Position numbers and translations under genes: made by a program. 64,000 bases of DNA from Dehalococcoidia bacterium (GTDB lineage Bacteria; Chloroflexota; Dehalococcoidia; Bin125): NCBI GenBank assembly GCA_963422755.1, contig OY730488.1; one strand, 5' to 3'. Position 1 is the stretch's first letter; each line of letters begins with the position of its first letter. Below are positions 36,337 through 45,846 of the stretch, piece after piece. The notes beneath the pieces are model-generated. The model was not told the DNA's origin. It saw only the letters and a list, made by a program, of their open reading frames with translations, and did not search any database.

Positions 36337-37635
36337 ATGAGTCAGGCGTCTACTCGGCAATTCCAGACACCGCGCGGCACGCGCGATCTCCTGCCGTCGG
36401 AGCAGGTCGTCCATGCGCACGTCCTACGCCATGCCCAGGAGCAGGCGCGCCTGGCCGGGTATGGGTTCATCGAACCGCCGACCTTCGAGCACGCGGAGCT
36501 CTTCGCACGCGGCGTCGGCGCAGGCACGGACATCGTTGAGAAGGAGATGTACATCTTCGAAGATCGCGGCGGTGACCGTCTCGCGCTACGCCCCGAGGGG
36601 ACCGCGTCCGTTTGCCGCGCCTATCTGCAGCACGGCATGGCCAACCTCAGCCAACCGGTCAAGCTGGCCTATCACCTGCCGATCTTTCGCTACGAGCGTC
36701 CGCAGGCTGGCCGATTCCGTCAGCACACACAGTTTGGCGTCGAGGCGATCGGCGTGCGCGACGCCGCCCTCGACGCTGAGGTGATCGACCTCGGTTGGCG
36801 GATCGCGCAGTCGCTGGGACTGCGCGGACTGAAGATTCTGCTCAATAGCATCGGCGACGTGGAGGATCGGCGCGCATACGTGCCTCTGCTCAAGGAGCAC
36901 TTCGAGCCGCACCTCGACCAGATCGCGCCAGACGACCGTGCGCGCTGGGCTCGCGCGCCCATGCGCCTGCTGGACAGTAAGGACGATCGCACGAAGCCCT
37001 TCCAGGCCGACGCGCCGCTGATTAGCGAACACTTGCGTCCAGAGTCGGCGGCATATTTCGACTCGGTCCGGGCGCATCTTGCGGCGCTGAACATTCCCTA
37101 CGAGGAGCGCCCGACGCTGGTCCGCGGGCTGGACTACTACGCCCACACCGTGTTCGAAATCGTACCCACGGGGGTGGTCGGTTCACAGGTGACCGTGCTC
37201 GCCGGCGGACGCTACGACGGTCTGATCGAGCAGATCGGCGGACCGCCGACGCCGGGCATTGGGTTTGGCATGGGGATCGAGCGCATCTCCCAGCGGCTGC
37301 AGGCAGAAGGGCTCGCGCCGAGTGATGTGCCCGCAACCGACGCGCTGATCGCCTCGCTCGGTGAAGGCGCAGACGTGGCGGCATCGAAGATCGCCGGAGC
37401 GCTACGCCGTGCGGGGGTCAGCGCGACGCTCGCGTTTGGCCGCCGCTCACTCAAGGCGCAGCTGCGACAGGCGCACCGCTCGAACGCGCGCTGCGCGGTC
37501 ATCGTTGGCGCTCGAGACCTCGCCGAGGGGCGCGTGACCGTACGCGACCTGAAATCGTCCGAGCAGCGTCAGGTGCCAGTGGACGACATCGTCGGCGTGC
37601 TCAGCAGCTATCCGTATACTCTGCCGCAGGACTGA
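36337..37635 (+). CDS. hisS: Histidine--tRNA ligase
   Basis: It has class II motifs (RGTRDLLP, LALRPEGT, YERPQAGRFRQHTQFGVE, GGGRYDGL). Confidence 0.9.
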   Translation: MSQASTRQFQTPRGTRDLLPSEQVVHAHVLRHAQEQARLAGYGFIEPPTFEHAELFARGVGAGTDIVEKEMYIFEDRGGDRLALRPEGTASVCRAYLQHGMANLSQPVKLAYHLPIFRYERPQAGRFRQHTQFGVEAIGVRDAALDAEVIDLGWRIAQSLGLRGLKILLNSIGDVEDRRAYVPLLKEHFEPHLDQIAPDDRARWARAPMRLLDSKDDRTKPFQADAPLISEHLRPESAAYFDSVRAHLAALNIPYEERPTLVRGLDYYAHTVFEIVPTGVVGSQVTVLAGGRYDGLIEQIGGPPTPGIGFGMGIERISQRLQAEGLAPSDVPATDALIASLGEGADVAASKIAGALRRAGVSATLAFGRRSLKAQLRQAHRSNARCAVIVGARDLAEGRVTVRDLKSSEQRQVPVDDIVGVLSSYPYTLPQD

Positions 37636-37643
37636 AACCGACG

Positions 37644-38750
37644 ATGCCAGCATCCGCCGCAACAGATACCTCTGCCATGTGGGCGCGGCTGGAAGACGTC
37701 GCCGAGCGCTTTCGAGAGATTGAGCAGGAGATGGCCAACCCGGCCAGCATCGCGAATCCACCGCGTCTACAAGCCCTGGCGAAGGAACACGCCTCGCTGC
37801 AGGGGAAGATCGACCTGCTGGGCCAGTACCGCAGCGCGAGTGATCGACTGGAGCAGGCGCGGGAGGTGCAGGAGAGCGCCGACGACGACGACGAAATGCG
37901 CGAACTGGCCCAGCTGGAAGCCCTGGAACTGCGCGCACAGATTGAGGCGCTCGAGGGACAGGCGAAGCGCGCGCTGTTGCCGCGCGATCCCAACGACGAA
38001 CGCAGTGTGATCGTCGAGATCCGCGCCGGCGCGGGCGGCGACGAGGCTGGTCTGTGGGCGGCCGATCTGCTGCGTGCGTATGTGCGCTACGCAGAAGGCC
38101 GCCGCTGGCGCGCTGACATCGTCAGCGCGTCGGAGAACGCGATGGGAGGATTCAAAGAGGTGATCTTCCAGATCAGTGGTGACGGCGCATTCTCGCGGCT
38201 GAAGTACGAGTCGGGCGTGCACCGCGTTCAGCGCGTCCCTGAGACCGAAGCGCAGGGGCGCATCCATACCTCGACAGCCACCGTCGCCGTGATGCCGGAA
38301 GCGGAAGAGGTTGACGTGGACATGGACGAATCGGACATCCGCCTCGACCTATTCCACTCGGGAGGCGCTGGTGGACAGAACGTGAACAAAGTGCAGACGG
38401 GCGTCCGCCTCACCCACGAGCCGAGCGGCATTGTCGTCACCTGCACCGACGAACGTTCTCAGCTCAAGAACAAGCTCAAAGCCATGTCAGTGCTGCGCGC
38501 CCGACTTTACGAGCAGCAGCGCCAGGCCGCAGAACGAGAGCGTGCGGACTTTCGTCGCTCGCAGGTCGGCTCCGGCGACCGATCCGAAAAGATCCGCACC
38601 TACAACTTTGCCGAGAACCGCGTCACTGATCACCGAATCGGCCTGACCCGCCACGACCTCGACGGCATGCTGGAGGGACAGCTCGATCCGTTGATCGATG
38701 CCGCCGCCACAGCGGAGGAGGCGCGGCTGCTGGCGGAAGCGCCGCTATGA
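37644..38750 (+). CDS. prfA: Peptide chain release factor 1
   Basis: It has the GGQ motif (SGGAGGQNVNKV) and an RF1-type PxT tripeptide (RVPETEAQGRIHTS). Confidence 0.9.
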   Translation: MPASAATDTSAMWARLEDVAERFREIEQEMANPASIANPPRLQALAKEHASLQGKIDLLGQYRSASDRLEQAREVQESADDDDEMRELAQLEALELRAQIEALEGQAKRALLPRDPNDERSVIVEIRAGAGGDEAGLWAADLLRAYVRYAEGRRWRADIVSASENAMGGFKEVIFQISGDGAFSRLKYESGVHRVQRVPETEAQGRIHTSTATVAVMPEAEEVDVDMDESDIRLDLFHSGGAGGQNVNKVQTGVRLTHEPSGIVVTCTDERSQLKNKLKAMSVLRARLYEQQRQAAERERADFRRSQVGSGDRSEKIRTYNFAENRVTDHRIGLTRHDLDGMLEGQLDPLIDAAATAEEARLLAEAPL

Positions 38751-39610
38751 CCGACCGCTACATACTGCGGGATGTTTGGCTGGCAGGCGCGTCTGAGCTG
38801 GAGGCCGCAGAGATCGGCGACGCCCGGTTCGAGGCTGAGGTCCTGCTGCGGCACGCGACCGGTCTCAGCCGCGCTCAGCTCTATGCATCGCTCTCAGACG
38901 AGATCGATCCGTCTGCAGGAGACCGCTTCGTACTCGCAGTGGCAGAGCGCGCATCCCGCAGACCGTTGGCGTACATCACCGGTACGCGCGAGTTCTACCG
39001 ACTCGAGTTTCGCGTCACACCCAAGGTGTTGATCCCGCGCCCTGAATCGGAACTGCTGGTCGACGCCGCGCTTGATCACATACGTCAGGCGCGTATCCGA
39101 ACGGCGCATGTCGCGGATGTCGGTGCCGGCTCGGGGGCCGTGGGGATTGCCGTGGCCAAGCATCGGCGCGGTGTGCAGCTGGTCTGCAGCGACATCTCGC
39201 GCGACGCGCTGCTAGTCGCGCGGGACAACGCGCAACGGCTGCTACGCCGTCCCCGCGCCGAGTTCGTCCAGGGCGACCTGCTGACGCCGCTGCCTGGACC
39301 CTTCCACTGTGTGGTAGCCAATCTGCCGTACATCCCGGAAGAACGGCTCGACGAGCTGGAGCCGGAGGTTTCGGAACATGAGCCGAGGATCGCGCTCACT
39401 CCCGGCACGAGAGGTACCGAGCTGATCCTGCGCCTCATCACCCAGCTGCCGTCGAGGCTGCACCCCAACGGCATCGCCGTACTCGAGGTCGATCCAGGCC
39501 AGGAGTCGGCGATCGCCGATGCCGCGCGTCAAATGCTGCCCAGCGCCGATGTCGCCATCCTTGATGACATCTCCCAGCGTCCGCGCGCGATCCGTATTAC
39601 CGCTGGGTAA
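38747..39610 (+). CDS. prmC: Release factor glutamine N5-methyltransferase (PrmC/HemK)
   Basis: It overlaps prfA by ATGA. SAM motif I is present (VADVGAGSGAVG). Motif IV reads NLPY (39320-39331) instead of the canonical NPPY. Confidence 0.8.
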   Translation: MTDRYILRDVWLAGASELEAAEIGDARFEAEVLLRHATGLSRAQLYASLSDEIDPSAGDRFVLAVAERASRRPLAYITGTREFYRLEFRVTPKVLIPRPESELLVDAALDHIRQARIRTAHVADVGAGSGAVGIAVAKHRRGVQLVCSDISRDALLVARDNAQRLLRRPRAEFVQGDLLTPLPGPFHCVVANLPYIPEERLDELEPEVSEHEPRIALTPGTRGTELILRLITQLPSRLHPNGIAVLEVDPGQESAIADAARQMLPSADVAILDDISQRPRAIRITAG

Positions 39611-39613
39611 CCA

Positions 39614-40807
39614 TTGGCGCACCGAGTGATGAATCAGGTCCAGCCGCCGCATCCGACACCATCGACGGCGGACGCAGCGGTGCAAGGCTATTGCGATCCG
39701 CGTTTCCGGGCCGTTCGCGAACAGTTTCAGCAGAATTTCGTCGATCGTTCTGAGACTGGCGCCGCGCTGGCGGTGACGCTCGACGGCGAGCTGGTGATTG
39801 ACCTCCACGGCGGCTGGACTAACGCCCAGCACTCGAAGCCCTGGGCGGCCGACACGATTGTCTGCTGCTATTCAGTCGGCAAGGCGATCTGCGCCCTCCT
39901 TGCCTGGCGCATGGCCGAGCGGGGTGAGCTGGAAGTAGACCGCCGCGTGGCCGATTACTGGCCCGAGTTCGCCCAGCATGGCAAGTCCGAGATTCCCGTC
40001 CGCTGGCTCTTGACCCACCAGGCTGGTCTGGCCGCCATTCGGCGTCCGCTCCCGCGCGGCGCGTTTCTCGACTGGGAGCTGATGACCACGGCGCTTGCCG
40101 AGCAGGCGCCGTGGTGGACGGCGGGCGAGTCGCACGGTTACCACTCCAACACGCAAGGTTTTCTGATCGGCGAGGTAATTCGCCGGATCACGGGACAGTC
40201 AATCGGGCGGCACCTGCAAGAGGATTTGAGCGAGACGATCGGGCTGGACTTTTACTTCGGCACGAAGCCGGAGCATGACATCCGCACGGCGGACATGCTT
40301 CCGATCCAGCAGCCGCCTGATTTCCGCCGAGCGCCTCCGAGCGCGCTGCAAACGCTAGGCGGCCGCAATCCCCCGCCGATTCCAAGCGGACCAGGCTCGC
40401 AGAACACGCGCGAGTACCGCGCCGCCGAGTTCCCATCGACGACCGGACACGGCGGCGCGCGCGGTCTGGCACGGCTCTTCGGCGCGCTCGCGACCGATGG
40501 TCGGCTCGACGGCACACACATTCTCGATCGCTCGACGATCGACGCAATGTCGGCCGAGCAGGTGTACGGGGTGGACAGCATTCTCGGTCGGCCGACGCGG
40601 TTTGGCTCTGGGTTTCAGTTGACGATGGCAGAGCGTCCGCTAGGTCCGAACCCACGCACGTTCGGGCACTTCGGCGGCGGTGGCTCACTGGCCTTCGCCG
40701 ACCCTGACGCGGGCGTCGGTTGGGGCTATGTGATGAATCAGGGTCGAGGTGGCTGGCAGCACCGACACACCCGCCGATTGCTCGATCTGTTCTACGAGGC
40801 GTTGTGA
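39614..40807 (+). CDS. Serine hydrolase of the beta-lactamase (class C / esterase EstB-like) family
   Basis: It has an SxxK motif (YSVGKAI) and is of typical length. The start is uncertain (TTG 39614 or ATG 39629). Confidence 0.8.
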   Translation: MAHRVMNQVQPPHPTPSTADAAVQGYCDPRFRAVREQFQQNFVDRSETGAALAVTLDGELVIDLHGGWTNAQHSKPWAADTIVCCYSVGKAICALLAWRMAERGELEVDRRVADYWPEFAQHGKSEIPVRWLLTHQAGLAAIRRPLPRGAFLDWELMTTALAEQAPWWTAGESHGYHSNTQGFLIGEVIRRITGQSIGRHLQEDLSETIGLDFYFGTKPEHDIRTADMLPIQQPPDFRRAPPSALQTLGGRNPPPIPSGPGSQNTREYRAAEFPSTTGHGGARGLARLFGALATDGRLDGTHILDRSTIDAMSAEQVYGVDSILGRPTRFGSGFQLTMAERPLGPNPRTFGHFGGGGSLAFADPDAGVGWGYVMNQGRGGWQHRHTRRLLDLFYEAL

Positions 40808-40921
40808 TCGCCGCTTCGCTTTGCCCGTGCCGTGTCGGCGCGGAGAACTCGCTGCCCCCAGCATTCTGTCCACCTGCGCTGAGCTAGCCCGGTGGCTGCG
40901 GCAGTGAGGGATGGCGGCAAC

Positions 40922-42142
40922 CTAGTCGCGCATCATCTGGTAGCGCTTACCCTCGGTCTTAATGGCGGGGGCGATCACCATTTCAGCCTGTTGCAGATCG
41001 CGGATTGTCTGCGCGCCGACGCTGCCCATGCAGGTGCGCAGCGCGCCGATCAGATTCTCTGTGCCGTCCGTACGCGAGGTTGGGCCGAAGAGTAGGCGCG
41101 CGAGCGTCGTGTGCTGCCCCACATGGACACGGACACCGCGCGGCAGCTCGGCGTGCGGCGTCGCCATGCCCCAATGAAAGCCTCGACCTGGCGCCTCGAT
41201 GGCGCCAGCGAACGGCGAGCCGATCATGACCGCATCCGCTCCCGCGACCAGCGCCTTACAGAAATCGCCCCCGGTGCGGATACCACCGTCGGTGATGATC
41301 GGTACATAGCGGCCACTGCGCTCGAAGAAGACATCGCGGGCGTAGGCGCACTCGATCGTCGCCGAGACCTGTGGCACACCGATACCCAGCACTTCGCGGG
41401 AAGTGCAGGCGGCGCCCGGTCCGACGCCGACCAGCAGACCCGCGATTCCCTCCTCCATCAGTTCCAACGACGCCTCGAAGCCGACTGTGTTACCAACGAG
41501 CGTGGGAATCTGCATCTCCGCGATCAGTTCGCGCAGAAGCAGGCCACGTTCCGAGCGGGAGTAGTGGCGTGCGGTCGTCACAGTCGACTGCACCACGAAT
41601 ATGTCCGCAGCAGCCTCCTGGACCGCCGGCGCCACCCGCTTCGCGTTGGGTGGAGTGACCGACACGGCCGCTGTGGCGCCGCCATCCTTGATCTGCTGCA
41701 CGCGTCGACCGATCAACTCGTCGCGAATCGGAGCGGTGTAGGCGCGTTGGAGAATCTCGGTCGCCGTCTCAGTGTCGCTGGCGGCGACCTCTTCGAGCAC
41801 TTCAGCCGGATCGTCGAAGCGGCATTGCAACCCTTCGAGGTTGAGCACGGCCAGCCCACCGCGGCGTCCCACTTCGACCGCGAAATGCGGATCGACGACC
41901 GCATCCATCGCTGCAGCGAGGATTGGAATCTCCAGACGGCGTCCGGCGATCTCGGTGGAGACGTCGGTCAGTTCCGGGTTGATCGTGACGACGCCGGGTA
42001 CGATCGCCACATCGTCGAAGCCGTACGCCTCCTGCAGGGATTTGCGCTGCGGCGGCGGCTGCGGCGGCAGCCCGGAATCATAGGCGCCCTGCACCAGCTG
42101 CTGACCGGGGGTAAGTGATTCGCGCTGAGTCAACGTGGTCAT
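40922..42142 (-). CDS. guaB3: GuaB3-type IMP dehydrogenase-related protein (no CBS pair)
   Basis: IMPDH barrel motifs are present (FDDVAIVPG, IPILAAAMD, GVGPGAACTSREV, IITDGGIRTGGD). The length and lack of a CBS insertion fit the GuaB3 subgroup. Confidence 0.8.
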   Translation of the reverse strand: MTTLTQRESLTPGQQLVQGAYDSGLPPQPPPQRKSLQEAYGFDDVAIVPGVVTINPELTDVSTEIAGRRLEIPILAAAMDAVVDPHFAVEVGRRGGLAVLNLEGLQCRFDDPAEVLEEVAASDTETATEILQRAYTAPIRDELIGRRVQQIKDGGATAAVSVTPPNAKRVAPAVQEAAADIFVVQSTVTTARHYSRSERGLLLRELIAEMQIPTLVGNTVGFEASLELMEEGIAGLLVGVGPGAACTSREVLGIGVPQVSATIECAYARDVFFERSGRYVPIITDGGIRTGGDFCKALVAGADAVMIGSPFAGAIEAPGRGFHWGMATPHAELPRGVRVHVGQHTTLARLLFGPTSRTDGTENLIGALRTCMGSVGAQTIRDLQQAEMVIAPAIKTEGKRYQMMRD

Positions 42143-42235
42143 TCGTCTCCCCCTGCTGTCGCCGCTCTGAGCGGCTCAGACGTAGCAAGTCGTGCGACCG
42201 CTCAGATTGACGGGACGACGGGGCGTTAAACGCAT

Positions 42236-42258
42236 GAGCGCGGCACAAGGCCGCGCTC
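42236..42258. other. Perfect 9-bp GC-rich hairpin (GAGCGCGGC-ACAAG-GCCGCGCTC) in the guaB3/rsmI divergent intergenic region
   Basis: Read directly. On the minus strand it is followed by ATGCGTTTAACG and lies about 95 nt upstream of the guaB3 start. Confidence 0.5.
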
Positions 42259-42423
42259 GCTCGCTGGTACGCCAGTGATCCGTGCGGACAAGCACGTTCC
42301 CGTCCATCCGTCCCGTTACTGGTGGTACCGCAAAAGATAGCTGACAGCCCACTTCGCGTTGGTAAACGAGCGAACAGCGTCTGCCGCGCCGACTCCACCT
42401 GCGCGCTGTCTAGAGTGTGGCGC

Positions 42424-43257
42424 ATGGACCCGCAAACTGGCGCGCTGTACGTCGTCGCCACGCCGATCGGCAACTTGGAGGACATCACGCTGCGGGCGCT
42501 GCGAGTGCTGCGAGAAGTGGATCTGATCGCTGCAGAACATGTACCAGTCGCCCGTGCCCTGCTGCGCCACTTCGATATCGAGACCTCCGTTCTGCCGTAC
42601 CACGATCGCGGTGTGGACGCAGCGCGGCTGGTCGCGCGGATGTTGCACGGGGAGTCAGTCGCGCTCGTCTCCGATGCAGGCACGCCCGGCGTCTCCGATC
42701 CTGGACGCCGACTCGTCGCGGCATCCGTCGAGGCGGGCATTCGGGTGTCGCCGATTCCAGGCCCTGCAGCGTCGATTGCGCTCTGGTCGGTCAGTGGGGC
42801 GGAGTCACCGCAAGCGCGCCTGTCCGGCTTCCTCCCTCGCAAGCGCAACGACCGTCGTCGCGTCATCCAGAACATCGCCACCTGGTCAGAGCCGACGCTT
42901 CTGTTCGAGTCGCCGCGCCGCATGCCGGACACATTGCGCGATCTCGCAGAGCTGATGCCCGACGCCAAACTTGTCGTGGGCCGTGAGCTCACGAAGCTGC
43001 ATGAGCAAATCTGGCGCGGGACTCCGCGTGAGGCGCTCGATGCCTTTAGTAGGGAACCACGCGGCGAGTTCACTGTACTGGTCGTCCCGCCGCCCAGCGC
43101 AGAAGCACCCTGGGGCGACCAGCGGATTGCCGCAGCGCTGGAAGAGGCCGCGGTGCAGGGAGCATCTCGCTCGCAGGCTGCGCGTTATGTCTCTCAACAG
43201 TCTGGGCGTCCGCGACGCGAGGTCTATGCGCTCTGGCCGTTTGAGTCCCAGCGTTGA
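42424..43257 (+). CDS. rsmI: 16S rRNA (cytidine1402-2'-O)-methyltransferase RsmI
   Basis: The ORF was trimmed to the ATG at 42424 (GALYVVATPIGNLEDITLRALRVL). It has the tetrapyrrole-methylase-fold pattern (SDAGTPGVSDPG). Confidence 0.85.
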   Translation: MDPQTGALYVVATPIGNLEDITLRALRVLREVDLIAAEHVPVARALLRHFDIETSVLPYHDRGVDAARLVARMLHGESVALVSDAGTPGVSDPGRRLVAASVEAGIRVSPIPGPAASIALWSVSGAESPQARLSGFLPRKRNDRRRVIQNIATWSEPTLLFESPRRMPDTLRDLAELMPDAKLVVGRELTKLHEQIWRGTPREALDAFSREPRGEFTVLVVPPPSAEAPWGDQRIAAALEEAAVQGASRSQAARYVSQQSGRPRREVYALWPFESQR

Positions 43258-43302
43258 CCGTCCGTCCACCCCTCAATGGCATAGGGCGCGTACCCTACAC
43301 GC

Positions 43303-44970
43303 ATGAGTGACAACATCCTCGTATGCGTCGCCTGGCCCTACGCGAACGGTCCCATTCATCATGGGCAGCTCGGTGGCGCATACCTGCCCGCAGACATCTT
43401 CGCCAGATACCACCGCATACGCGGCAATCGGGTCGCGATGGTTTCCGGTTCCGACGCTCACGGTACGCCGATCACTGTTCGAGCCGACGACGAGGGGCGC
43501 ACGCCCGGCGAGGTGGTGGCCGAGTACCACCAGTCCATCCTCAACACGTGGGACGGGATGGGCATTAGCTTCGACACCTTCACGACGACGATGACGGACA
43601 ACCACCGTGAAGTGACGCAGGGACTCTTCCTTTCGCTGCTTGAGCACGGATACCTGCGCAAACAAACGCAGGAGCTGTTCTATGACCCTGACGCGCGGCG
43701 CTTCTTGCCCGATCGCTATATCGAAGGAGAGTGTCCGCATTGTCACGAGCTGCGCGCACGGGGCGATCAGTGTGATACCTGCGGACGCCAGCTGGACGCC
43801 GTTGAATTGATCAACCCGCGCTCGCGGACGACTGGCGCCACACCCGAACTACGCAGTTCAGACCATTACTTCCTGCGTCTCACGGCGTTCGCAGAGCCGC
43901 TTCAGGCGTGGCTCGACAACGATAAGGATTTCTGGCGCACGCATGTGCTCAACTTCTCCAAGGGCATGCTCCGCGAAGGGCTCCAGGACCGTGCGATCAC
44001 CCGCGACATTGACTGGGGCGTCCCGGTGCCGCTGGAGGGCTGGGAGGACAAGCGCATCTACGTCTGGTTCGAGGCGGTGATCGGCTATCTGTCGGCGACT
44101 GTCGAGTGGGCCGCGACGAACGCGGAACCCGAGGCCTGGCGTGACTTCTGGCAATCAGACGATGCGCGCATCTACAACTTCATCGGCAAGGACAACGTCC
44201 CCTTCCACACGATCATCTGGCCGGCGATTCTGCTCGGCGCCGGCGGATACAACTTGCCCTACGACGTACCCGCCAACCAGTACATCACGATGAGCGGCTC
44301 GAAGGCTTCGACGAGCCAGCGCTGGGCCGTCTGGGTGAATGACTACCTGACGCGGTACGACCCGGACCCGCTGCGCTACGCGCTGGCGGCGCAGATGCCC
44401 GAGACGGCGGACTCCGACTTCAGCTGGGGCGAATTCCTGCGCCGCAACAACGACGAGCTCGTCGCCACCTGGGGAAATCTGGTGAACCGCGTCCTTTCGT
44501 TGATCAACCGCCATTTCGATGGCCGTGTGCCCGATCCCGGACCGCTCGACCGCGACGCCACCCGCATGCTCGATCGTGCGCAATCGGGTCTGGAGAGTGT
44601 GGGTACCTCGATCGAGGGCGTACACCTCCGACAGGGCATCCAGCAGGCGTTCGCGCTGGCGCAAGAGACCAACCGCTACCTTGACCAGACAGCGCCGTGG
44701 CAGACGGTGAAGACCGATCGGGCAACCGCGGCGCGCAGCCTCTACACGGCGCTCAGCGTGATCGCGGTGCTGCGCACGGCGTTGGCCCCGTATCTCCCAT
44801 TCAGCAGTCGGCGGCTGCATGAGATGCTCAACACCGATGGCGCCATCGACGACCTGGGCTGGCAGGTCCATGCCCTGCGGCCGGGACACCAGCTGCAGAA
44901 GCCGACGCCGCTGTTCAAGAAGCTCGACCGGTCGATTGTTGAGGAAGAAGAAGCCCGACTGGGTGCCTGA
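43303..44970 (+). CDS. metG: Methionine--tRNA ligase
   Basis: It has a HIGH-like motif (PNGPIHHGQLGG), a zinc knuckle (CPHC...CDTC) and KMSKS (MSGSKAS). Confidence 0.9.
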   Translation: MSDNILVCVAWPYANGPIHHGQLGGAYLPADIFARYHRIRGNRVAMVSGSDAHGTPITVRADDEGRTPGEVVAEYHQSILNTWDGMGISFDTFTTTMTDNHREVTQGLFLSLLEHGYLRKQTQELFYDPDARRFLPDRYIEGECPHCHELRARGDQCDTCGRQLDAVELINPRSRTTGATPELRSSDHYFLRLTAFAEPLQAWLDNDKDFWRTHVLNFSKGMLREGLQDRAITRDIDWGVPVPLEGWEDKRIYVWFEAVIGYLSATVEWAATNAEPEAWRDFWQSDDARIYNFIGKDNVPFHTIIWPAILLGAGGYNLPYDVPANQYITMSGSKASTSQRWAVWVNDYLTRYDPDPLRYALAAQMPETADSDFSWGEFLRRNNDELVATWGNLVNRVLSLINRHFDGRVPDPGPLDRDATRMLDRAQSGLESVGTSIEGVHLRQGIQQAFALAQETNRYLDQTAPWQTVKTDRATAARSLYTALSVIAVLRTALAPYLPFSSRRLHEMLNTDGAIDDLGWQVHALRPGHQLQKPTPLFKKLDRSIVEEEEARLGA

Positions 44971-45749
44971 TGTTGCTTTTTGACACCCACGCGCACCTCC
45001 AAGACCCCTGGATCGGCGACGACTTGCCGGAGGTGCTCGACCGCGCGCGCGAGGCCAGCGTGGAGTGGATCGTCACGATTGGCGCCGATCTGCCGACCTC
45101 TCGGCAGGCCGTCTCGCTCGCAGATGCCTACGATCACATTTGGGCGAGCGTTGGACTCCATCCACACGAAGCCAAGGACTGGGACGTAGCGGTGGCATCG
45201 GAGTTTCGCCGACTGGCCGAACACGCGCGCGTGGTCGGCGTGGGTGAGATCGGCCTCGACTTCTACCGCAACCTCTCGCCAGCCGACGCGCAGTACGCCG
45301 CGTTCGACGCCCAACTCTCGCTGGCTGACGATGTTGGCTTGCCCGTGGTCATCCACTCCCGAGATGCGCATGAGGAGTGCTACCGAGTGCTCGCGGGCTG
45401 GGCTGGGCAGCGCCGACGCGACACGCCGCTCGGTGTGATTCATTGCTTCTCAGGCGACGCCGAGCTCGCGCAGCGCTACACCGAGCTTGGCTTCCTGATC
45501 TCCTTCGCAGGTCCGGTCACATACCCGAAGAACCACGCCCTGCGAGCAGCGGCCGCGGCGCTGCCGCTCGAGACTATCGTGGTCGAAACGGATTGTCCGT
45601 ACCTGAGCCCGCAACCTCGGCGCGGCAAGCGGAACGAGCCAGCCAACATCCAGCACACCGTGCAGCAAGTCGCGGAGGCGCGCGGCGAGTCGATCGAGAC
45701 TATCGCCAGGCAGACGTCGCAGAACGCACGACGCCTGTTTCGCCTGTAG
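44970..45749 (+). CDS. tatD: TatD family metal-dependent hydrolase
   Basis: It has FDTHAHL, GEIGLDF, IHSRDA, IHCFSG and ETDCPYL motifs. It overlaps the metG stop by 1 nt. Confidence 0.9.
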   Translation: MLLFDTHAHLQDPWIGDDLPEVLDRAREASVEWIVTIGADLPTSRQAVSLADAYDHIWASVGLHPHEAKDWDVAVASEFRRLAEHARVVGVGEIGLDFYRNLSPADAQYAAFDAQLSLADDVGLPVVIHSRDAHEECYRVLAGWAGQRRRDTPLGVIHCFSGDAELAQRYTELGFLISFAGPVTYPKNHALRAAAAALPLETIVVETDCPYLSPQPRRGKRNEPANIQHTVQQVAEARGESIETIARQTSQNARRLFRL

Positions 45750-45846
45750 CGCAGCGCTCCTCTGAACCACACTGAGACATACGGCTGAGCAGGGCGGCCA
45801 ACGTTGGACACTGCCTCAGGCGGAGACGGGAGTACCCTGATTTCCC

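Noticed and set aside
37644-38750. Release-factor +1 frameshift (as in prfB).
   Set aside because: The protein has the RF1-type PET tripeptide and a single uninterrupted frame. It is prfA, which is not frameshift-regulated.
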